Shown here in pieces: positions 1-9,799 of a DNA stretch of 64,000 nucleotides. Within the stretch, counting starts at the first letter, position 1, and every line of letters starts with the position of its first letter. The position numbers and the translations under genes are program-made. Below the pieces are notes generated by a model. It was not told where the DNA came from. It ran no database searches and saw only the letters and a list, made by a program, of their open reading frames with translations. Origin of the DNA: Planctomycetota bacterium (GTDB lineage: Bacteria; Planctomycetota; UBA1135; UBA2386); the NCBI GenBank assembly GCA_046290465.1, contig JBKAGP010000001.1, positions 1,152,001 to 1,216,000 on the forward strand, given 5' to 3'.

Positions 1-1771
1 TCTGGCCGTTCGGCAGGCTGTTGGGCGTCACCAGGTTGACCGCCTGCGCATACAGCTCGAAGCCGCTCGGCACGCCGGGCGGCAGGTTGAACGTGGTCGA
101 CTGGGTCGGGCCGGCGCCCAGCAGCGTCAGCGTGACGTCGAGCGAGCCGACGAACGCGTCGCAGCCAGGTGCACCGAGGAACGCGAGCGGCACGCCGGGA
201 TCGCTCTGGATCGTGCTGAGCGCGACCAGACCGAGCGTCACGCCGGGCGCGATCTCGAACATGTTGTCGGCCGTGTAGGTGACCGTCGAGCCGGCGGTCG
301 ACGACGAGATCGGCGCGCCCGACGCCCCGAGCGTCATCGCCGCGACGTTCTGCGCCGACAGCACCGCGCCGTTCAGCGTGCTGAGGTCGACCCCGCCGCC
401 GTCCACCGACGGGCCCGCGGGCGAGTAGCCGACCACCCAGTTCTCCGGGTTGGCCGTGCTCAGCGCGCCGAACTCGAGCGTGAAGTTCGCGTTCGACGAG
501 TCGTAGGTGAACTGGAACGTGTTGGTCAACGTCGTGTTCCAGCCGTAGACGCCGTCGTAGGTGATCGTCGCGACCGAACCGTTCTCCTCGTACCAGACCA
601 GGCCACTGCCGGTCGCGTTCGGCTGCAGGTCGGTCCACGCAGTGAACCACTCGGACGGCTGGTTGAGGAAGTCGACGACGCTCGGCGTGAAGCCGTTGGT
701 GTTGCCGGTGCCGACCGAGACCCAGCCGTTGGAGCCGACCGACAGGCCCATCGTGCCGCCGACCGTGGCCGTGTCGACCTGGTCGTCGTCGCCGAGCGGC
801 AGCGACACCGCCGTCGGTCCGGGCGTGATGCCGCCCGCGCCGGTCGTCGTCGTCAGCAGGTAGCCGGTGCCCGGCGCGCTGCCGAGGCTCAGGCCCGAGA
901 TCATCATGCCGGACAGGTCCATGCCCGCCGGCGTCAGCTCTTCGTAGCCCGAGTCCGAGATGCTGTAGCAGCCCTGGCCGTAGGGTTCGTGGAACGCCGG
1001 GTTGCACGCCTGCGTGATGCACAGGTAGCCGCTGCCGGTGTTGAGGAACTGCACCACCGTGTCGTTGAGGTCGAACGGCGACGGGTTCGGCAGCGTGTAG
1101 GCCGGGAACGGCTCGTACATCACGAAGTCGGTCAGGTTCTGCGGCGCCGTGGTCAGGTCCGACGCGCCCGGGTCGACGACGCCGTCGCCGCGCGACACGC
1201 CGCAGCGCGGGTCGTCCTGCGCCGGGTTGAGCGTGCCCATGACGTTGCCGTCGAAGTAGAAGTGCACGTCGCCGTTCTGGAAGATCTGCGCCTGGAACGT
1301 GTACTGCGGGTCGGGGCCGGGCTGGGTCGTCGCCCACCACTCGACCACGCGCTCCCACGTGACGACGAACTTGCCGGGGATCGTGTTGTTGATCCAGACA
1401 CCGCCGCTGACGCCGGCCTGGCTCCACAGGTCCATGAACAGCGGCGCGATGCGCGGGTCGTCGCCGACCGTCGTGCCGAGGAACACGTCGACCGGCTGGT
1501 AGCCGTTGCCCGCGCCCATCGGACCGTTCGACGCGCCACCGTTGGTCAGGTAGATGATGCCGTTGTCGGTGGCCTGGGCGTGGGTGTAGGTCGCGGTGCC
1601 CATCGGGAACGCGAAGTTCAGCGGCTGCACGTCGAAGTGCACGTCGTCGCCGAAGCCGGCGGTGCCGCCGGCGAGCGGCGCGAGCACCCCGAAGTTCTGC
1701 TCGAAGCACTGGGCCTCGGAGCTGGCTGCGAGCACACCGATGGCCGCAGCGGAGAGGAGAAGGCGTTGCAT
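1..1771 (-). CDS. Large exported beta-rich protein with two related nidogen/NIDO-like modules (3' end runs off the window)
   Basis: Missing from the ORF track; read manually from ATG at 1771: MQRLLLSAAAIGVLAASSEA|QCFEQNF (signal peptide), open to position 1. Two similar blocks: GDD..NG..IAPLFMDL..GGVW..VVTW..TFQAQI and GDDD..SNG..TAWTDL..GLVW..TITY..TFQFTY. AGAGG SD upstream. Confidence 0.75.
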   Translation of the reverse strand, partial: MQRLLLSAAAIGVLAASSEAQCFEQNFGVLAPLAGGTAGFGDDVHFDVQPLNFAFPMGTATYTHAQATDNGIIYLTNGGASNGPMGAGNGYQPVDVFLGTTVGDDPRIAPLFMDLWSQAGVSGGVWINNTIPGKFVVTWERVVEWWATTQPGPDPQYTFQAQIFQNGDVHFYFDGNVMGTLNPAQDDPRCGVSRGDGVVDPGASDLTTAPQNLTDFVMYEPFPAYTLPNPSPFDLNDTVVQFLNTGSGYLCITQACNPAFHEPYGQGCYSISDSGYEELTPAGMDLSGMMISGLSLGSAPGTGYLLTTTTGAGGITPGPTAVSLPLGDDDQVDTATVGGTMGLSVGSNGWVSVGTGNTNGFTPSVVDFLNQPSEWFTAWTDLQPNATGSGLVWYEENGSVATITYDGVYGWNTTLTNTFQFTYDSSNANFTLEFGALSTANPENWVVGYSPAGPSVDGGGVDLSTLNGAVLSAQNVAAMTLGASGAPISSSTAGSTVTYTADNMFEIAPGVTLGLVALSTIQSDPGVPLAFLGAPGCDAFVGSLDVTLTLLGAGPTQSTTFNLPPGVPSGFELYAQAVNLVTPNSLPNGQ

Positions 1772-1979
1772 GGTTGCCTCTTTGGGAACGAGAGAGAGGA
1801 GGTCGCGGCCAGCGCGTCGCGTCGACCGCAAGGGACGAAGGCGCCCCGGGGGGCGCGTCGCGCAATGTAACAAAGCCCGGGCATTCGTGCCGACCCACGG
1901 CACGCCTGCCCGAAAAATCCGTTCCCGGCTGCGTCGCCGTGCGGCCATGCTGGCGCGCTGAGCCCACACCCCCGCGCGC

Positions 1980-2483
1980 ATGCCCGTCGACGACAGCCCC
2001 TGGATCCTGCGCCCCGTGCGCCCGTCCGACGACGCCGCGGTCGCCGCGATCATCCGCGACGTGATGACCGAGCACCGCTGCAGCGGCGACGGCTTCGCGA
2101 TCCACGACCCCGAGGTGCAGGCGATGACGGCGGCCTACCGCGGCGCCGGCAGCGGCTACTTCGTGGTCGTGCGCGACGACGTCGTCTACGGCGGCGCGGG
2201 CTACGCACGGCTCGACGGCTCGTCCCCGGACGACGCGGTCTGCGAGCTGCGCAAGATGTACTTCCGTCCCGAGACGCGCGGCCTCGGCCTCGGCAGGGCG
2301 CTGCTCTCCCTGCTGCTCGACGAGATGCGGCAGGCGGGCTATCGGCGCTGCTACCTCGAGACCACCTCGTGGATGGACCGCGCCCAGAACCTCTACCGCA
2401 AGGCCGGCTTCGCCGCGCAACCGCACGCCGAAGGCGCCACCGGCCACCACGGCTGCGACACGTTCTACAGCCGCGAGCTGTGA
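1980..2483 (+). CDS. GNAT family N-acetyltransferase (YjgM-like)
   Basis: CELRKMYF, acetyl-CoA motif RGLGLGRAL, CYLET, C-terminal TGHHGCD. Confidence 0.85.
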   Translation: MPVDDSPWILRPVRPSDDAAVAAIIRDVMTEHRCSGDGFAIHDPEVQAMTAAYRGAGSGYFVVVRDDVVYGGAGYARLDGSSPDDAVCELRKMYFRPETRGLGLGRALLSLLLDEMRQAGYRRCYLETTSWMDRAQNLYRKAGFAAQPHAEGATGHHGCDTFYSREL

Positions 2484-2646
2484 GGTCGCGTGCCAACTTC
2501 CGGTGGCGCCGGCGGCTCGCAGCAGCCGCGCGCGATCCCGGCAGCGAACGCGCAACCAGGCTCGATTCGGGCACTAGATCAGGCTGGCGAACTGCCGATA
2601 GCATCAGGTGAAGACGGGCGCTGTCGGGCTCGCTTCGCCTGCATCT

Positions 2647-5121
2647 ATGGACATCCTGCAATACGGCGCCGCCGCGGCCCTGCCCGGCTGGTCGATCTCG
2701 CTCCTGACCGCCGCGCTGCTGCTCGCGCCGGTGTTCACCGCGCGCCGCCTGTGGCTGGTGACGCTGGTCTGGGCCGCCACCGCGTGGACGTTCGGCTGGC
2801 CGATCTGGCTGATCGCGATCGTGTTCGCGCCGATGTTCGTGCTGCTGGTGCCGCCGCTGCGGCGGGCGCTGCTCAGCGACCGGATCCTCGACTTCTTCGT
2901 CAAGAGCGGCTTCATGCCCGCGATCAGCGACACCGAACGCGAGGCGATCGCCGCCGGTACGGTCTGGCTCGACGGCGAACTGTTCTCGGGCCGGCCGGCG
3001 CTCGACCAGCTGGCCACCGCCGGCTACCCGGACCTGACCGACGAGGAGCGCGCGTTCCTCGACGGGCCGGTGCAGCAGGTCTGCGAGATGACCGACGACT
3101 GGCAGGTCTACCAGCAGCGTGATCTGCCGGCGGAGGTCTGGGACTTCTGCAAGCGCGAGCGCTTCTTCGGCCTCAACATCGACAAGGAGTTCGGCGGCCT
3201 CGGCCTGTCGGCGTCGGCCAACAGCGCCGTCGTGCAGAAGCTCGCGTCGCACTCGCTGCCGCTGGCGATCACCGTGATGGTGCCGAACTCGCTCGGCCCG
3301 GCCGAGCTGCTGTCACACTACGGCACCGACGAGCAGAAGCAGCGCTGGCTGCCCGCGCTCGCCGATGGCAGCCAGGTGCCGTGCTTCGCGCTGACCGAGC
3401 CGGGTGCCGGCTCGGACGCCGGCGCGATCAGCGCCACCGGCACCGTGTTCCGCGCCGAGAACGGCGAACTGATGCTGCGGCTGTCGTGGAACAAGCGCTA
3501 CATCACGCTCGCCGCGATCTCGACCGTGCTCGGCCTCGCGTTCCAGCTGCACGACCCCGAGAACCTGCTGGGCAAGGGCCCGACGCCGGGTATCACCTGC
3601 GCGCTGGTCCCGACCGACACCGACGGCGTCGTGCTCGGCCGCCGCCACGATCCGCTCGGGGTGCCGTTCTACAACTGCCCGACCAGTGGCCGCGACGTGA
3701 TCGTGCCGCTCGAGGAGGCGATCATCGGCGGCACCGCCGGCGCCGGCCGCGGCTGGAAGATGCTGATGGAATGCCTGGCAGCGGGCCGCGGCATCTCGCT
3801 GCCGGCGACCGCCTGCGGCGGCGCGCAGATGACCGCGCGCTGCGTCGGCGCCTACGCCGCGGTGCGCCAGCAGTTCGGCCTGTCGATCGGCAGGTTCGAG
3901 GGCATCGAGGAACCGCTCGCGCGCATCGCCGGCGGCACCTACGTGCTCGAGGCGGCGCGCCGGTTCGTCAACGGCGCGCTCGACGAGGGCCACAAGCCGG
4001 CCGTCGTCACCGCGATCGCCAAGTTCAACACCACCGAGCTGTGGCGCCAGATCATCAACGACGGCATGGACGTGCTCGGCGGCGCCGGCATCTCGCGCGG
4101 TCCGCGCAACCTGCTCGCCAACGCCTACACCGGCACGCCGATCTGCATCACGGTCGAGGGCGCCAACATCCTGACGCGCACGCTGATGATCTTCGGCCAG
4201 GGCGCGATCCGCTGCCACCCGTACGCCTACGCCGAGCTCGACGCGATCAGCCGCGGCGACAAGGAGGCGTTCGACAAGGCGTTCTGGCCACACGTCGGCC
4301 ACGTCGTCACCAACGCCGTGCGCACCGGTCTGCTCGGCCTGACCCGCGGCTGGCTGACGCTCGCTCCGGGCCACGCCAGCACCAAGGGCTACTGGCGCAA
4401 GCTCAACTGGGCCTCGGCCGAGTTCGCGCTGCTCGCCGACGTCGCGATGGGCGCGCTCGGCGGCAACCTGAAGCGCAAGGAGAAGCTGACCGGCCGCTAC
4501 GCCGACTGGTTCAGCTGGATGTTCCTCGGCAGCGCGGTGCTGCGCCGCTTCGAGGCCGAGGGCAGCAAGAAGGAGGACCTGCCGCTGGTGCAGTGGGCGC
4601 TCGAGACCGCGTTCGCCAACATCCAGGCGGCGCGCGAGGGCATCCACCAGAACCTGCAGCTGCCGGTCGTCGGCAACGTGCTCGGCAAGCTGCTCGGGGT
4701 CTACTCGCGCCTCAACCGGTTCGGCACCGCGCCGAGCGACAAGGTCACCCACAAGGCCGCGCGCACGCTGCTGCAGCCCGGCGAGCAGCGCGACCGGATC
4801 ACCGGCAACGCCTACGTGCCCGCCGACCCGGGCACCGCGCTCGGCCGCCTCGAACACGCGCTCGACCTGTGCACCCGCGCCGAGCCGATCCTGAAGAAGC
4901 TCAAGGACGCCATCAAGCAGGGCCGCCTGCCGAAGGCCCGCCCAGCACAGCTGCTCGACCAGGCCACCGAGGCCGGCATCCTGACCGCCGACGAGCGCGC
5001 GGTCGTCGAGCACGCCGAGCAGGCCCGCGCCGAGGCGATCGCGGTCGACAGCTTCACGCTGCAGGAGTACCTCGGGGCCCAGCAGGTCGCCGAGCCAGCG
5101 ACCGAATCGAGCGCCTCCTGA
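2647..5121 (+). CDS. fadE: Acyl-CoA dehydrogenase, FadE type
   Basis: N-terminal membrane helices, MVPNSLGPAELL, CFALTEPGAGSDA, ITVEGANILTR and FadE-type C-terminal domain. Start taken at ATG 2647 (alternative GTG 2608). Confidence 0.9.
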   Translation: MDILQYGAAAALPGWSISLLTAALLLAPVFTARRLWLVTLVWAATAWTFGWPIWLIAIVFAPMFVLLVPPLRRALLSDRILDFFVKSGFMPAISDTEREAIAAGTVWLDGELFSGRPALDQLATAGYPDLTDEERAFLDGPVQQVCEMTDDWQVYQQRDLPAEVWDFCKRERFFGLNIDKEFGGLGLSASANSAVVQKLASHSLPLAITVMVPNSLGPAELLSHYGTDEQKQRWLPALADGSQVPCFALTEPGAGSDAGAISATGTVFRAENGELMLRLSWNKRYITLAAISTVLGLAFQLHDPENLLGKGPTPGITCALVPTDTDGVVLGRRHDPLGVPFYNCPTSGRDVIVPLEEAIIGGTAGAGRGWKMLMECLAAGRGISLPATACGGAQMTARCVGAYAAVRQQFGLSIGRFEGIEEPLARIAGGTYVLEAARRFVNGALDEGHKPAVVTAIAKFNTTELWRQIINDGMDVLGGAGISRGPRNLLANAYTGTPICITVEGANILTRTLMIFGQGAIRCHPYAYAELDAISRGDKEAFDKAFWPHVGHVVTNAVRTGLLGLTRGWLTLAPGHASTKGYWRKLNWASAEFALLADVAMGALGGNLKRKEKLTGRYADWFSWMFLGSAVLRRFEAEGSKKEDLPLVQWALETAFANIQAAREGIHQNLQLPVVGNVLGKLLGVYSRLNRFGTAPSDKVTHKAARTLLQPGEQRDRITGNAYVPADPGTALGRLEHALDLCTRAEPILKKLKDAIKQGRLPKARPAQLLDQATEAGILTADERAVVEHAEQARAEAIAVDSFTLQEYLGAQQVAEPATESSAS

Positions 5122-5219
5122 CGTCGGCCGCGCGCTCGCGGCGTGGGAGTCGTTGTCCACAATCGCGTCCGGCAACGGCGCGATGGTGTTCGCGCAGCCC
5201 AGTCGCTAGCGTCTAGCCG

Positions 5220-6323
5220 GTGACCGACGGCATCCTCGTACACCAGCAGATCCGCGCGCTGATCGAAGCAGGCGCGCTCACCTCGACGCCGGCGATCGCG
5301 CCGACCCAGATCCAGCCGGCCTCGCTCGACCTGCGGTTGTCGACGCGCGGCTACCGGGTGCGCAGCGGCTTCCTGCCGGAGAACTGCCGCGTCGCCGACC
5401 GGCTCGAGGAGATGACGCTGTACGCGTTCGACCTGACCGACGGCGCCGTGCTCGAGAAGGGGCACTGCTACATCATCCCGCTGCTCGAGCGCATCGAGAA
5501 GCCGCTCGAGTACCTGATCCGCGCCAACCCGAAGTCGTCGACCGGTCGGCTCGACCTGTTTACGCGGGTGCTCGCCGACAACTGCGGCCGGTTCGAGACG
5601 GTGCCGCCGGGCTACACCGGACCGCTCTACCTCGAGATCGTGCCGCGCAGCTTCCCGGTCAAGGTGCGCACCGGCCTGTCGCTGAGCCAGATCCGCTTCT
5701 CGTCGGGACCGGCGTCGCTCAGCGACGACGAACTGCGCGCCGAACACGAGCGCGAGCCGCTGCTGTTCGACGACCGCGGCGAGCCGTTGCCGACCGACCG
5801 GCTGCGCCTCGACGACGGCCTGATGATGGGCATCGCGACGATGCGCGACCGCGACATCCAGGGATCGATCGGCTACGTCGCCCGTCGCTACACCGGCGTG
5901 CTCGACATGGCCGACGAGGGCGGCCACGACATGGACGCGTTCTTCACGCCGATCCCCGAGCCGAAGGGCGGCCGGCTGATCGTCGAACCCGAGGAGTTCT
6001 ACATCTTCGCCAGCAAGGAACGCGTGCGGATCCCGTCGCACCTCGCCGCCGAGATGGTCGCCTACGACGTCGGCATCGGCGAGCTGCGCACCAACTACGC
6101 CGGGTTCTTCGACAACGGCTTCGGCGGCGAGCACGGCACCCGCGCGGTGCTCGAGGTGCGGCCGCACGACGTGCCGTTCCTGCTCGAGGACGGCCAGGTG
6201 TTCTTCAAGCTCGACTTCTTCAAGACCCAGGAACCGCCGGAAGTCGTCTACGGCGATCGCCGTCTCAGCTCGCACTACCAGGGCCAGGCCCTGAAGCTGA
6301 GCAAGCACTTCCGCCCCGTATAG
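5220..6323 (+). CDS. dcd: dCTP deaminase (long, duplicated-domain type)
   Basis: IQPASLDLRL, NPKSSTGRLD, YAGFFDNGFG, LEVRPHDVPF, C-terminal YQGQALKLSKHF. Confidence 0.88.
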   Translation: MTDGILVHQQIRALIEAGALTSTPAIAPTQIQPASLDLRLSTRGYRVRSGFLPENCRVADRLEEMTLYAFDLTDGAVLEKGHCYIIPLLERIEKPLEYLIRANPKSSTGRLDLFTRVLADNCGRFETVPPGYTGPLYLEIVPRSFPVKVRTGLSLSQIRFSSGPASLSDDELRAEHEREPLLFDDRGEPLPTDRLRLDDGLMMGIATMRDRDIQGSIGYVARRYTGVLDMADEGGHDMDAFFTPIPEPKGGRLIVEPEEFYIFASKERVRIPSHLAAEMVAYDVGIGELRTNYAGFFDNGFGGEHGTRAVLEVRPHDVPFLLEDGQVFFKLDFFKTQEPPEVVYGDRRLSSHYQGQALKLSKHFRPV

Positions 6324-6338
6324 TCCGCGAGTCCGACA

Positions 6339-6380
6339 GCCGGTAGGCCGCCTGCTGGTAGGCCGCCCGCTGGTAGGCCG
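6339..6380. repeat. 15-bp tandem repeat (about 2.8 copies) between dcd and the T2SS-F gene
   Basis: gccggtaggccgcct / gctggtaggccgccc / gctggtaggccg. Confidence 0.85.
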
Positions 6381-6422
6381 ATGGGGCGGGTGGACGCAGA
6401 CCCCCTGCCCCAGGACACTGTC

Positions 6423-7319
6423 ATGATGTTGTCGTATCGGGCTGACGAACGCGCGGCGATGGTCTTCCAGGACCTCGCGTCGGCGCTCGACGCCGGCCTG
6501 CCGCTCGAGAGCCTCGGCGGCAACCCACAGCTCGGCGACCACGTGCTGGTCGACCTCTGCTGGCAGCGCGGCGTCAAGCTGCGCCCGACCGAGAAGCTCG
6601 CACTCGAAGCCGGCTGGAAGAGCGGCAACGCGTCGCTGGCGCTGCGCAAGCGCGGCGCCGCCCGCCAACGCCGCGCCGACTTCGTGCGCATCACCCAGAG
6701 CGCGCTCGCCTACCCGATCCTGCTATGCGCGATGCTGCTGCTCGCGTCGCTCGCGGTGATGGCCGTCGCCGGCACCAGCGCGGTCACGGTCATCCTGACC
6801 ATCTACGGCTGCGGCGCGATCTTCCTGATCGTGTTCGCTCGCATGCTCGGCCGCGGCGACTCGTCGCTCGAGCGCTGGCCGGTGATCGGCGGCGTGCTGC
6901 GCGAGATGCGCGAACTCCCCTACCTGGAAGCGCTGCACTCGCTCTACGGCGCCGGCGTCCCGATCGTCGATGCGCACCGGACCGCGTTCCCGACCGTGCA
7001 CATGCAGGGCCTGCGCAAGCAGCTCGGCGTCGCGATGACGATGCTCGAACAGGGCCGGCCGCTGCACGAGGCGCTGGAGAGCTCGGCGTCGCTCAGCCCG
7101 GAGACGCGGCAGCTGCTGGCGACCGGCGAGCGCGCGGGCCAGCTCGAGGAGTCGCTGGCGCGCGCCATCGACCGCCGCTCGGAGATGGCCGGACGCCGCC
7201 TGAAGGTCGCCTCGCGCACCATCAGCGGGGTCATTTACGGTCTGGTAGCCATCGGCATCGCGATCTTCGCGATCCAGTTCTACACCGCCTACTACGCCCC
7301 GCTGCTCAAGCTCCGGTGA
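6423..7319 (+). CDS. Type II secretion F / PilC family inner-membrane platform protein
   Basis: LDAGLPL, SALAYPILL, GAGVPI, GERAGQLEESL and TM pattern typical of GspF/PilC. Confidence 0.8.
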   Translation: MMLSYRADERAAMVFQDLASALDAGLPLESLGGNPQLGDHVLVDLCWQRGVKLRPTEKLALEAGWKSGNASLALRKRGAARQRRADFVRITQSALAYPILLCAMLLLASLAVMAVAGTSAVTVILTIYGCGAIFLIVFARMLGRGDSSLERWPVIGGVLREMRELPYLEALHSLYGAGVPIVDAHRTAFPTVHMQGLRKQLGVAMTMLEQGRPLHEALESSASLSPETRQLLATGERAGQLEESLARAIDRRSEMAGRRLKVASRTISGVIYGLVAIGIAIFAIQFYTAYYAPLLKLR

Positions 7320-8011
7320 CCGCCCCCGAGGACCAGTCCGCGATCGAACGGCCCGCGACCGACAATCCGTCGGAACGGCACCTTACGGCGTCCCGTCCGC
7401 CGGGGTCCAACCGGCCAGTCATGGACTGCAGCGTGGACAAACGACCGAGACCGGCCTCCGTCTCCGAGCAGGAACGCCTCTGGCTCGAGCGCTGTCGCCA
7501 GGGCGACGACGCCGCGTTCCAGCACCTGCTCCGACCGCATCTGACCGGCCTGCTGTCGCTCGCGCGGCGCTACTGCCGGGACCCGCACTGGGCCGAGGAC
7601 CTGGTGCAGGAGACGCTGGTGCGCGCCTTCAAGGGGCTGCCGCAGTTCCGCGGCGAGTCGGCGCTGCGCACCTGGCTCTACCGGATCCTGGTCCGCCTCG
7701 CCTCCGAGCCCAACCGCTGGCAGCGCGCGCTGCCGGCCGAGCAGCTCGGCGAGATGGACGTCCCGGACCACTACGACGGCGACCGCGCCGAGCAGGACGC
7801 CATCGCCCGCGAACTGCAGGGCCGCCTCGACGAGGCGATGGAGCGGCTGACGCAGCGCCAGCGGACCGCGCTGCACTTGCGAGCGGTCGAAGGCATGGAC
7901 TACGCCGGCATCAGCGCGGTGCTGTCGTGCAGCGCGACCGCGGCCCGCATGCATGTGCTCGAGGCCCGCCGCAAGGTGCTCGCCCGCGTCAAGGAGCATC
8001 TGGACCCGTGA
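7316..8011 (+). CDS. ECF sigma-70 factor
   Basis: AEDLVQETLVRA, FRGESALRTWLYRI, region 4 LTQRQRTALHLRAVEGMDYAGIS. Start uncertain (GTG 7316 overlapping the upstream TGA, or ATG 7421). Confidence 0.88.
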   Translation: MTAPEDQSAIERPATDNPSERHLTASRPPGSNRPVMDCSVDKRPRPASVSEQERLWLERCRQGDDAAFQHLLRPHLTGLLSLARRYCRDPHWAEDLVQETLVRAFKGLPQFRGESALRTWLYRILVRLASEPNRWQRALPAEQLGEMDVPDHYDGDRAEQDAIARELQGRLDEAMERLTQRQRTALHLRAVEGMDYAGISAVLSCSATAARMHVLEARRKVLARVKEHLDP

Positions 8012-9723
8012 GCCACGAGGCGCGACAGATCTGCGCGCGCACCAATGCGGTGCTGGCGGTGCACCTGGACGGCGACCTGTGGCCGACCGACCTCGACCGG
8101 GAGACGTTCGGCTACGCGTTCGTGTCGGACGACTCGCTGCATGCCCACCTGCGCGAGTGTGCGACCTGCCAGCAGGCGCTGCAGCGCTCGCGCCGCCTCG
8201 ACGCGGCGCTGGCCTCGACCGCCGGCCGCGAGCTGTCGCAACACGACGACCTCGACGCGCTCGGGGACCGCTGGCTGCAGAACGCGCGGGTCGCCGCCGC
8301 GGCGCGCCCGGACGACGACATCGCCTTGCCGGTCGGCGCGGACGCAGCCGGCTTCGATCTCCGCAGTGAGGACGTCGGCAGCCGGCACCCCAGCAGTCAG
8401 AACCTCAGCAGTATTGAACCGCCGTCCCCCGGTCGACGCACCACCTGGCTGGCCGCCGGGCTGCTGGCCACCGCTGCCGCGGCGACCTGGCTGTGCCTGC
8501 TGTCGCCCGAACGTTCCGTCGATGCCGGCGGCGATCGGCCCGGCAACCCGCAGGACCGCTCCGGCCGCGAGGTCGTCGCCCGCGCGGCGCTGGTGGCGCT
8601 GGCCCCGATCCTCGGAACGGCCAGGACGTCTGCAGTTGGCCCGGATGCGATGGGCCCGTCGCGACCTTCGGCGGCCTCGCCGATGCCGACGGCCCACCAC
8701 CACCTGCCACTGTCGCTCGCCGGCCGCATGCGCGCCGATCGCGAACGCAACGAACTGCTGCCCGAACAGCGGAGCTGGTCGCTGGCCGATCTGTCGGCCC
8801 GCATCGCGCGCCGCAGCCTGGACGTGCCCGAACGCCTGGCCGCCGCCGAGCGGCTGGTCCGGCGCACCCGCCCCGGTTCGCCGAGTGCCCGCGCGGCCAC
8901 CGACCACCTGCTCGAGGCGCTGGCCGCGTGCGGCGACCGCAGCGAACACGAACTGCTCGTGCACGAAGAGCTGCTCGACTCGGTGCGCAGCCACAGCTCG
9001 CTGATGGTCCGGCTCGAACACCGTCTCAGCACGATCCGCGGCGCCACCGGCCGCGACGATCGCGACGGCGAACTCGAGCGCAGCGAACAGGCCGCCGTGC
9101 TGGTGGCCGCGCGCGTCGGCACGTCGCGCCTCGACCTGGCCCTGCGCCGTGCGGTCCGCCGCCGTCCGCAGGTCGCCGAGGTCGTCGCCGCGTCGCTGCG
9201 CTGCGGTGCGCGCATCGACGGCGCGCCGGAGCTGCTGCTCGACTGCTGGCACGACCAGGTCGCGCTCGGCCGCCACGCCAACGCGCCGCGCTGGGCGTCG
9301 TTCTGGTTCACCGGCCAGGCCGCGTCCACGTTCACGCAGCTCGCCGACGTGCTGCGCGCGACCCGTTCGACCAAGGCGCGCGAACGCTGCCTGCTGGCGA
9401 TGGGCGTCGTCGGCGACGACTCGACCGTCAAGCTGCTGCTGGCGCGCCTGGTGTCCCCGCGCCGCGGCGAAGCCTGCGCAGCCGCCTGCGCGCTGGCGAT
9501 GCTGCCGCACCGCGTGCTCGAACCGCTGCTGCCCAAGGCCCGCGGCGACGACCAAAGCCTGCTGCGAGCGGCGCTGGCGCGCGCCGGCGTGCCGGCAGCG
9601 CAGTCCTGGATCCGCCCGCTCGGCCTGAGCCGGCCGCAGCAGTGCCTGCTGCGCGACGCGTCGCTCGAGCGCTTCCCCGAGGTGGTCGCGTGGTTCCGCA
9701 ACGGCTACGCGATCGGCGACTGA
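8008..9723 (+). CDS. Zinc-binding anti-sigma-like membrane protein with HEAT-like C-terminal region
   Basis: GTGA overlap with the ECF stop; ZAS motif HLRECATC; one TM (WLAAGLLATAAAATWLCLL); helical repeats (CLLAMGVVGD, AACALAML). Confidence 0.65.
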   Translation: MSHEARQICARTNAVLAVHLDGDLWPTDLDRETFGYAFVSDDSLHAHLRECATCQQALQRSRRLDAALASTAGRELSQHDDLDALGDRWLQNARVAAAARPDDDIALPVGADAAGFDLRSEDVGSRHPSSQNLSSIEPPSPGRRTTWLAAGLLATAAAATWLCLLSPERSVDAGGDRPGNPQDRSGREVVARAALVALAPILGTARTSAVGPDAMGPSRPSAASPMPTAHHHLPLSLAGRMRADRERNELLPEQRSWSLADLSARIARRSLDVPERLAAAERLVRRTRPGSPSARAATDHLLEALAACGDRSEHELLVHEELLDSVRSHSSLMVRLEHRLSTIRGATGRDDRDGELERSEQAAVLVAARVGTSRLDLALRRAVRRRPQVAEVVAASLRCGARIDGAPELLLDCWHDQVALGRHANAPRWASFWFTGQAASTFTQLADVLRATRSTKARERCLLAMGVVGDDSTVKLLLARLVSPRRGEACAAACALAMLPHRVLEPLLPKARGDDQSLLRAALARAGVPAAQSWIRPLGLSRPQQCLLRDASLERFPEVVAWFRNGYAIGD

Positions 9724-9799
9724 CCAGGTCGCGCCAGCAGCCTCCCCCACTGGACCCAGCACCGCACTGGGCCGCCCCCGCACCGAACCCCCTCCCGCC

